This document shows positions 10,293 through 17,638 of a DNA stretch of 64,000 nt, piece by piece. Numbering within the stretch: position 1 is the stretch's first letter; every line of letters begins with the position of its first letter. The stretch comes from Candidatus Gottesmanbacteria bacterium (GTDB lineage Bacteria; Patescibacteriota; Microgenomatia; UBA10105; UBA927), in NCBI GenBank assembly GCA_963701185.1, contig OY969569.1, forward strand, positions 181,735-245,734. The letters run 5' to 3'. The position numbers and the translations under genes are program-made. The notes under the pieces were generated by a model that did no database searches, was not told the origin of the DNA, and saw only the letters and a list, made by a program, of their open reading frames with translations.

Positions 10293-11215
10293 AAAATCAA
10301 AAAGTATCTATTATCATTCCGTGCTATAACGAAGGAAAAAATGTCGAGTATGCGTATGCCTCTCTAAAAAAAGCTATCAGATTTGAAAAATCTTATAAGT
10401 TCGAATTTATTTATATTGATAATGGCAGTACGGATAATACAAAAGAATATATTTTAAAATTAGCAAAAAGCGACAGTATCGTTAAGGGAATTATATTATC
10501 AAGAAATTTTGGGCCGGAGGCATCTACGCAAGCGGGCTTTGATTATGCCCGCGGTGGCGCAGTTATTTGGTACGCGTGTGACATGCAGGAACCAGCGGAA
10601 TTAATTCCTGACTTCATCAAGAAATGGGAAGAAGGATTCGACAGTGTTATGGGAGTATATACAAAGCTTCAGGATACATGGCTCATGGCATTTCTTCGTA
10701 AATCGTTCTATGCGATTATGAAATCCATTTCCAATATTGAAATTCCTACGAACAGCATAGGCTACGGGTTATACAGCAGAAAAGTCGTAGACGCAATGAA
10801 GTTATTACCGGAAACATACCGTTTTACGCGCGGGATCCGTGCATGGGTAGGATTTTCCACGGCGTACATATACTATGAACGTAGACAACGATTGCATGGT
10901 AAAAGTTCATATTCTCTTTTAGAATATTTTCGGCACGCGGAACGAAGCGTATTCGGATTTTCCTATTTACCTTTAGATTTGTTGATATACTTCGGATTAC
11001 TGCTTGTCGTGTTCTCATTTCTATTTATTATTGGTTATATCTTATTTTCGCTAGTGTTCGGAAATCCTATAAAGGGTGCCATCACGATTCTTGTTGCTAT
11101 TGTGTTTTTTGGAGGTATTAATTTATTGGCTGTTTCCATTATCGGTAAATATATCCAAGTTATTGTTGAAGAAACGAAGGCAAGACCAACCTACATTGTT
11201 CAGTCCACTATTTGA
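10289..11215 (+). CDS. polyprenyl-phosphate sugar synthase (GtrB/ArnC/DPM1-type GT2)
   Basis: VSIIIPCYNEGKNVEYAYASLKK..FEFIYIDNGSTDNTKEYI...ILSRNFGPEASTQAGFDYARGGAVIWYACDMQEP...YGLYSRKVVD is the typical bactoprenol-phosphate glucosyltransferase core. It is followed by two C-terminal TM helices (LLIYFGLLLVVFSFLFIIGYILF / ITILVAIVFFGGINLLAVSIIG), as in GtrB/ArnC. Confidence 0.8.
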   Translation: MKNQKVSIIIPCYNEGKNVEYAYASLKKAIRFEKSYKFEFIYIDNGSTDNTKEYILKLAKSDSIVKGIILSRNFGPEASTQAGFDYARGGAVIWYACDMQEPAELIPDFIKKWEEGFDSVMGVYTKLQDTWLMAFLRKSFYAIMKSISNIEIPTNSIGYGLYSRKVVDAMKLLPETYRFTRGIRAWVGFSTAYIYYERRQRLHGKSSYSLLEYFRHAERSVFGFSYLPLDLLIYFGLLLVVFSFLFIIGYILFSLVFGNPIKGAITILVAIVFFGGINLLAVSIIGKYIQVIVEETKARPTYIVQSTI

Positions 11216-13287
11216 TATTCATGAAACTTCTTACATTTTTGCCCGGACGCATCAAAAAAAGTTGGAAATTTGGATACTATTTGTTGACGGGGAATATTGC
11301 AGTCGTAGTTTTTTATGCAATTAGATTGCAGTTATTCGGTAACCCATTAGCTTTGGCGAATGATAACTATGCTTTGGGATATCCGTGGCGTATATTGGTG
11401 AGTTCGTCTCTTCAAAATGGGATTTTTCCTTTATGGGATCATTGGACTCATGGTGGGATGCCGCTCCATTCTCCTATAAACATGCTTTCATTTTCACCTA
11501 TCGTGACGTTTTTAAGTCTTTTCGGTGTATATTCCCTCACTACCTATGCTGCTGAAATCCTTCTCATTCATATTCTTGGGTTTATTGGAATGTATTTGTG
11601 GCTTCGATTCTATTCATCCAAATTTTCATCGCTCGTCATAGCTTTTTGTTTTACTTTTATCGGCGCTCAAATAACGCAAACGCCAATTAATTTTGAGGCA
11701 GTTGTCAGTACGGCGCTACTGCCGTGGCTAGGAATCGGAATGAAATATTGCATGCGAGGAACCCCAAAAGGAATCGGAATATTGGCTTTTGCAGTTTGGA
11801 TTATGATGACAACCGGATATCTTGGGATGAACGTCATATTTATTGAATTAATCTCCTTTTTCTGCATCTTAGAGACTCTCATATTGTTTTTAACAAAGAA
11901 AATACACCTTAAGCGTTTATTTTTAGGTATTTCCTATATCATGTGCGGTTTAATCTTGGGTGGCCTAATAGTTAATTATCCTTTTGTAGAAAACTATATG
12001 TATTACGGCACATCTTTTGTAACCATGAGGGATACGGCATTTAGTCCATATGCCGCTTCGGCAAATCTTTTTAGCCTTTTTACTCTTATTTTTCCCAATC
12101 ACATCTGGTCTTTCTCTGCTGATAAATTTTCTGCTTATACAGGAATTATGTTTTTTGGATCCATTCCAATATACATGGCGTTATATTCCTTAATAAGGAA
12201 AAAAATATCCGGTAGTGTCCTTCTGTTAATGACTTTTTGTGTTTTATCATTTTTAGCAATGCTATCCATGAAATACCCCTTTGCCCGATGGATAAGTATG
12301 AATTTTCCGTTACTTCGATACATCCGCTGGCACGTTTGGTTTTTGCCAGTTTCCGTATTTTTCTTAGCAACAGTATCAAGTATAGGGATGGGAGAATTTA
12401 TGGAGGAAAAAAGAAAGGCTGCAAAGCTATTCGCATATTTTCTCTTTATTATTGTTGCCACTCTTGTAGCAGTAAAACAGTCCGGATCGATTTTTGTTTC
12501 TCCCCTTACCTATTTGGGTTATCCGCAGATTATTACATATATTTTGCTAGGGATTATTATTTTACTTCCTTTCCGAAAAAATACCAAGATGATTTATCTC
12601 CTTTGTGTTGCAGACGTACTGGTAATTTCCTGGTCATTTTCCTTATTTGGAAACAACTTGTTTTATAGGGGGCTGACAATCCGGGAAGCAGTCCAACGGG
12701 ATTCAGTTAAATACGTTACGAAAGGTTTTCCTGAAATATCCAACCAACGCTCCCCTGAGGATAGTCACATTAATGTCCAATATTATACGAAGCAGCCGGC
12801 CTTGTATGGATATGATCCGGTAATTCACCCGGCACTCAAATCTCTTATTAATGATCCGGAATATCCGGTAATTATGAAATATCTATTTTATCCGGAAACT
12901 AAGACTGGATATCCCGATATGAATGAAGATTTCAAAATACATTCAGTCCGATTAACCCCAAACAGTGCAGGAGCGATCATTGATATTACATCGAAAGATC
13001 AGAATATTATCTGGAGCTCTCCGTATAGTTCTTTTTGGATGCTTTCCGTCGACGGCGTTACGGCGGTGACCCGTAAAAACAGGTTCGGGTTAACAGAGTT
13101 TACCCTTACTAAGGGTAAACATTTTGTACGGTTTGTATATGCGCCGCCATATTTTGTCCCAAGCTTATTGCTTACCTTCTTGTCCATCGGAACATCTATA
13201 TACGTGATAACTCGGAAATCGAAGAACAAAATTGGTACAATACGGCAACGGAGCAAACAATTATATGCAAAGAAACGCCGCCACTAA
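11212..13287 (+). CDS. large polytopic membrane protein, putative GT-C-type glycosyltransferase (YfhO/ArnT-like partner of the GtrB-like enzyme)
   Basis: The 691-aa protein has more than 12 predicted TM segments in the first 480 aa and a C-terminal soluble domain. It lies immediately downstream of, and translationally coupled to, the GtrB-like gene, the classic arrangement of a polyprenyl-P-sugar synthase with its GT-C transferase. No motif is diagnostic enough for a firm family call. Confidence 0.5.
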   Translation: MIFMKLLTFLPGRIKKSWKFGYYLLTGNIAVVVFYAIRLQLFGNPLALANDNYALGYPWRILVSSSLQNGIFPLWDHWTHGGMPLHSPINMLSFSPIVTFLSLFGVYSLTTYAAEILLIHILGFIGMYLWLRFYSSKFSSLVIAFCFTFIGAQITQTPINFEAVVSTALLPWLGIGMKYCMRGTPKGIGILAFAVWIMMTTGYLGMNVIFIELISFFCILETLILFLTKKIHLKRLFLGISYIMCGLILGGLIVNYPFVENYMYYGTSFVTMRDTAFSPYAASANLFSLFTLIFPNHIWSFSADKFSAYTGIMFFGSIPIYMALYSLIRKKISGSVLLLMTFCVLSFLAMLSMKYPFARWISMNFPLLRYIRWHVWFLPVSVFFLATVSSIGMGEFMEEKRKAAKLFAYFLFIIVATLVAVKQSGSIFVSPLTYLGYPQIITYILLGIIILLPFRKNTKMIYLLCVADVLVISWSFSLFGNNLFYRGLTIREAVQRDSVKYVTKGFPEISNQRSPEDSHINVQYYTKQPALYGYDPVIHPALKSLINDPEYPVIMKYLFYPETKTGYPDMNEDFKIHSVRLTPNSAGAIIDITSKDQNIIWSSPYSSFWMLSVDGVTAVTRKNRFGLTEFTLTKGKHFVRFVYAPPYFVPSLLLTFLSIGTSIYVITRKSKNKIGTIRQRSKQLYAKKRRH

Positions 13288-14518
13288 GTATATACCGGCA
13301 TCGGGCAAAGTATTTGATCAGGAAGAAATCAAAAATGCAATTAAAGTCGCAAAAGACGGATGGTGGACGGAGGGGGAGTTTGCAAAACGGTTTGAAAAGG
13401 ATTTTTCTTCCTATCTCGGAGTACGGTATGTGTCGCTGGTAAATTCCGGATCCTCTGCAAATCTTGTGGCGTTGACGCTACTTACTTCGAATATATTCGG
13501 TGCGCGGGCATTAAAACCGGGCGATGAAGTGATCACGACCGCATGTGCATTCCCGACGACCGTTAATCCGATCATCCAGAACCGCATGAAGCCCGTATTC
13601 GTGGATATAGATTCCGGAACCCGAAATGCGACGGCCGGGGCGATCAAAAAGGCAATAACAAAAAAAACGCGGGCGATCATGATGGCCCATTCGCTCGGGA
13701 ATCTCATGCCGATGAGTGAGATTCTTGAATTAGTGAAAAAGCATAACCTTTGGTTTATCGAAGATTGCTGTGATGCGTTGGGCGGGTCTTATGATGGTAA
13801 ACTGGCCGGTACGTTCGGTCATGTGGCCACATTTTCTTTTTATCCCGCGCACCAGATAACCATGGGCGAGGGGGGAGCGGTAGTTACAAATAATCCATTA
13901 ATACACAAGTCTCTGCGCCAGTTCCGGGATTGGGGAAGGGACTGTTGGTGCGATACAGGTAAGGATGATACGTGCCGCCGGCGGTTTGCGTGGAAGCTCG
14001 GTGACCTGCCGTACGGGTACGATCATAAATATATCTATTCTCAGATAGGATATAACCTGAAACTTACGGATTTTCAGGCAGCCATAGGGGTAGCGCAGCT
14101 GAAAAAACTTCCCGGCTTTATCAGGAAACGCAAAGAGAATTTCAAGACGTTATATAAGTTTTTCAAAAAATATGAGAACTATTTTATCTTGCCGGCATGG
14201 GAACGTGACGCGGATCCGTGTTGGTTTGGATTTATGGTCGTCATCAAAACCGGCGCGCCGTTTACGCGGTTGCAGATGGTTACGTATTTGGAGTCCCATG
14301 GCGTGGGGACAAGAAATTTGTTTGCCGGCAATCTCCTGAAGCACCCCGCCTACGCGGGGAGAAAAGATATCCGGGTCAGCGGATCTCTGGACAATTCTGA
14401 TTTAGTCATGAATGGCGGCTTTTGGATAGGGGTATGGCCAGGGATTACGGAAGAAATGATGCAGCGAATGCTGCGTGTGTGTAAAAATTTTATTGCCGTT
14501 CACCAACAACGCCCATGA
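13265..14518 (+). CDS. ddhC: CDP-4-keto-6-deoxy-D-glucose 3-dehydrase (E1; PMP-dependent, [2Fe-2S])
   Basis: This is a DegT/DnrJ/EryC1/StrS-family fold (IPASGKVFDQEEIKNAIKVAKDGWWTEGEF..., SGSSANLVAL, GDEVITTACAFPTT). The PLP-lysine position is His (FSFYPAHQITMGEGG; canonical SFHxxKxx[ST]), as in E1 and ColD. There is a Cys arrangement C-X57-C-X1-C-X7-C (IEDCC...57 aa...DCWCDTGKDDTC), which is the published E1 [2Fe-2S] motif. The ORF track starts at 13232; ATG 13265 better matches E1 N-termini. Confidence 0.85.
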   Translation: MQRNAATKYIPASGKVFDQEEIKNAIKVAKDGWWTEGEFAKRFEKDFSSYLGVRYVSLVNSGSSANLVALTLLTSNIFGARALKPGDEVITTACAFPTTVNPIIQNRMKPVFVDIDSGTRNATAGAIKKAITKKTRAIMMAHSLGNLMPMSEILELVKKHNLWFIEDCCDALGGSYDGKLAGTFGHVATFSFYPAHQITMGEGGAVVTNNPLIHKSLRQFRDWGRDCWCDTGKDDTCRRRFAWKLGDLPYGYDHKYIYSQIGYNLKLTDFQAAIGVAQLKKLPGFIRKRKENFKTLYKFFKKYENYFILPAWERDADPCWFGFMVVIKTGAPFTRLQMVTYLESHGVGTRNLFAGNLLKHPAYAGRKDIRVSGSLDNSDLVMNGGFWIGVWPGITEEMMQRMLRVCKNFIAVHQQRP

Positions 14519-16671
14519 GAATAGTAATTACGATACTCTTGTCGCTTGTGCCTTTCTTTTGGCACAGAAACGAACTGTACCAGCAATTTTTCGGATACGG
14601 AGATTTTCTTTCCCCCATTAACGCGGTGCAGGAAATAACGGACCGGCTTTTTATGTTTTATCCCAGAGTCGGAGCCGGAGGGAATATTGCATTCATTACA
14701 CCGCATATTTTTCCGTTTCTCTCCTGGCATGCGATATTATCTTTCTTTCACATTTCCCCTTTGATTGCGTCGCTTGCTTTTCTTTCCGTAATTCTTTTTT
14801 GCGCTCAGATCTCCATGGAAGCATGGATGAATTATATTCTACGTTCTAAATTCGGGATCCATGAAAAATTTATACATTTCTATTCTTTTATAGCCGGAAA
14901 ACTCTATGGTTTTGCCCCGTTTTTTATATGGCTCATTGCTTCCAGTCATATATTCCAATTGATTGCGTATGCGCTTTTTCCGTGGATCCTTTTGCTCATT
15001 GATCAATTACTTCTGGAAACGTTGCCCAAAAAAGTAATTTTGCCGCGTTTATTTTTCCTTTTTCTCTTCTGTGCCTCTGCGTTTGCAAACATAGGCATCC
15101 TCTATGTATTCTTTGTTGTTTTCTTTATCTATATTGTCGCTTATTGGATGACGAGGCAGGTGTCACTGCGCCGCGTATTTTTTGCTCTCGTTTTGGTTAT
15201 AGGAAGTGCTGTTTCGGCAAACATCTGGTGGCTCTTGCCGTATGTGTACACGATCAAAGATACAATAACTATTAATTACCAAAGTAATATCATTAATGCG
15301 AACATTTCCGGTTCCGTCGGCGCGGCGTATTTACTAAATATATTCCTCGGCCATCCGGAATATCTTCTTTATTTGAGTCCAAAATATAAAATTTTCCTTT
15401 CATTATTTTTCGAGATAGGTACCCTTGGTTTGGTCGGGTGTTCTTTTTTCCTTCTTCGTCACTGGAAAAAGTATAGATACGTCATTGTTTGTTTTATTAT
15501 GTTGATTTCGGCGCTGATTATTATAAAGGGAGACCAACCGCCGCTTGCATCGATTTTTGTATGGTTCTATGATAATTTTCCCGGTTTCCAAATTTTTCGG
15601 CGTCCGGTAAGCAAATACTACTTTGTCTATTGGTTTTTCCTTTTAACGCTTTCAATAAGTTATAGTTCTTTTCTTTACCGCCGGTTGAAAAAAAATAGTA
15701 GAATTTTCCTTTTAGGCGTCGCGTTTTTGCTTTGTGTTTTTACGGCAGGCGTCTTTCTTGCGTTTGTAAAATCAAAGTCAGGAAATCCGTTTTCGATTCC
15801 TCAATATTATTATGAAGCGGCCTCCTATTTGCAAAAAGACAATGCAACACGTGTTTTATTGCTCCCCGGTCTCAACGGTCAGACTCCGTCTTTCCGCAGT
15901 AAATGGATTCACTATGGAGGCGTCGACTTTTTCCCTATTATTTCAAAAGCAGAATTTATTATTCCTGACGAAACGAACTATTCTGTTGAAGGATTGGCTA
16001 AACCGTTTGCAAATACGATGGTTCTGCAGATTCAAAAAGGACAATCGTTTTGTGAATCAGCAGCACTGTTAGGAATCAGCCATATTGTCCTCCGGCATGA
16101 TTTATCTGCCAAGGCAACGAAAGAAGATGAACCCGGCGCAATTCAGAAAAAATTAACGGGATCCGTTGATATTGAAGACGTTGCGTTTTTTAATCCAGAT
16201 TCATCAACGCAGGGGCTTAGCATTTATACTATCCGTCCCGAATGCCGCCGCGCCTTAATTCAAGCGTCTTCAGGAACGCTGACATCACAGACGGTTTTTC
16301 CCGGACTGATTACCGTGCGGGTACATGGTGCAGTCGGGGACACGCTGGTGAAACTTCTTTATAATTATTCCGACGTGTGGTCGGCGTATAAAGATACGTC
16401 GCCGCGCCGGTTCCCGGTCCTTTTGCGTGCGACTATTCTCGTGCTGCAGGATGCGATGAGCACTATATTCAAACGTCCGAACAATGCGCTGCCTCATGTA
16501 CTGGTTGATGGCTACGCAAACGGATGGAGTGTGGGCGGACAGGAAACGTCTCAAACGGACATCATTATTATATATCGATCCCAGTATGTTTTTTATGCCG
16601 GCATTTTCTTGTTTGTGGCAATTATCGCCGGATGGGCTTTCTATTTTCGAAAGGGTGTATGGAAAAAATAG
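14515..16671 (+). CDS. giant polytopic membrane protein, paralogue A of a three-member family (GT-C-like?)
   Basis: The 718-aa protein has about 14 TM helices, then a soluble C-terminal domain. It shares the segment FQIFRRPVSKYYFV with 17639..20524 (FAIFRSSFYKFAPI) and 20701..22347 (FVMFRDPTKFYVSI). Confidence 0.5.
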   Translation: MRIVITILLSLVPFFWHRNELYQQFFGYGDFLSPINAVQEITDRLFMFYPRVGAGGNIAFITPHIFPFLSWHAILSFFHISPLIASLAFLSVILFCAQISMEAWMNYILRSKFGIHEKFIHFYSFIAGKLYGFAPFFIWLIASSHIFQLIAYALFPWILLLIDQLLLETLPKKVILPRLFFLFLFCASAFANIGILYVFFVVFFIYIVAYWMTRQVSLRRVFFALVLVIGSAVSANIWWLLPYVYTIKDTITINYQSNIINANISGSVGAAYLLNIFLGHPEYLLYLSPKYKIFLSLFFEIGTLGLVGCSFFLLRHWKKYRYVIVCFIMLISALIIIKGDQPPLASIFVWFYDNFPGFQIFRRPVSKYYFVYWFFLLTLSISYSSFLYRRLKKNSRIFLLGVAFLLCVFTAGVFLAFVKSKSGNPFSIPQYYYEAASYLQKDNATRVLLLPGLNGQTPSFRSKWIHYGGVDFFPIISKAEFIIPDETNYSVEGLAKPFANTMVLQIQKGQSFCESAALLGISHIVLRHDLSAKATKEDEPGAIQKKLTGSVDIEDVAFFNPDSSTQGLSIYTIRPECRRALIQASSGTLTSQTVFPGLITVRVHGAVGDTLVKLLYNYSDVWSAYKDTSPRRFPVLLRATILVLQDAMSTIFKRPNNALPHVLVDGYANGWSVGGQETSQTDIIIIYRSQYVFYAGIFLFVAIIAGWAFYFRKGVWKK

Positions 16672-16679
16672 CCTATTAC

Positions 16680-17630
16680 ATGAAATATAAAGTACCTTTT
16701 TATCCCGCGTTATTTTTTGCCGTTGTTGCGGTTATTGGTTTATGGAATCTGACGCGCGAAGAAGGCGTCAGCTTCCGTTCGTATGTTCAACACTATGAAT
16801 TTTCTGAAAAAAACATAACGATTTTGTCTCAGGATGTTGCTGTTTCTGCCGAGTTTACTGCAATAGAACCCCAATTGGGAATAGTATCATTTCGGTTCCA
16901 AAAACCGGACCGTGAAACGACAGCCGCCGTGGTTTTTCGTATAAAAGAAAAGGGGAACCAAACATGGTACTACGAGCATACGTATACGGCAAATCAGCTT
17001 TATATCTATGACTGGTATCCGTTTGGATTTCCGATTCTTGAACAATCTAGAGGGAGGACGTATCAGTTTGAACTTGCCGGAGTTTCTGAAAGGAAAGAAG
17101 ACGCAGTGCTTTTATTGGCAGACAGGGGATTTTTGGTTCAGTATCAACTGCCGAACGACAGATTATTTACGCCGGTTCACAGGATATTGCTGGAACTCCA
17201 GAAGAATTTAAGTACGACAGTTAAAGGCGAGATTATTGTGTACAGCGGGTTTATCATAGTTTTGTTTCTATTTTCCTTTTTTTCAAAAAGGCTGCCGGTG
17301 TTTGCAAAAAACGTATTTACTCTGGGTACTTTCCTATTTGTCTTTCTCTGGCAATTGCACCCATACCGCTTTGTGCAAATATCCACAATTTGCGTTTTGA
17401 TTCTTACGGTATATTCCGGGGTTTTTATGAGGCTTCTCAACGGAACGAAAGCGTTGATTTTGTCCGGCCTGGTTTTTGCCCTTATGGGTATATATTACGT
17501 ATTCGGGAAAATTGCTTTTGCTGAACGGTTAGCAGAGTGGACGTACATCTTAATGATTATTGCATTAATGATTATTTTAGCTGAAATTAACACAAAAATT
17601 TCGAACAAGAGGCAAGATACGATACAATAA
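16680..17630 (+). CDS. hypothetical bitopic/polytopic membrane protein
   Basis: The track ORF is 16524..17630. The first ATG after the upstream stop (16671) is 16680 (MKYKVPFYPALFFAVVAVIGLW, a TM helix). A soluble middle region is followed by C-terminal TM helices. No recognisable domain. Confidence 0.45.
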   Translation: MKYKVPFYPALFFAVVAVIGLWNLTREEGVSFRSYVQHYEFSEKNITILSQDVAVSAEFTAIEPQLGIVSFRFQKPDRETTAAVVFRIKEKGNQTWYYEHTYTANQLYIYDWYPFGFPILEQSRGRTYQFELAGVSERKEDAVLLLADRGFLVQYQLPNDRLFTPVHRILLELQKNLSTTVKGEIIVYSGFIIVLFLFSFFSKRLPVFAKNVFTLGTFLFVFLWQLHPYRFVQISTICVLILTVYSGVFMRLLNGTKALILSGLVFALMGIYYVFGKIAFAERLAEWTYILMIIALMIILAEINTKISNKRQDTIQ

Positions 17631-17638
17631 GTGTTTAT

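Noticed and set aside
16524-16679. Upstream part of track ORF 16524..17630 (MECGRTGNVSNGHHYY...)
   Set aside because: It overlaps the 3' end of the upstream 718-aa gene in another frame. The hydrophobic N-terminus MKYKVPFYPALFF at ATG 16680, immediately after the upstream stop, is the plausible start.
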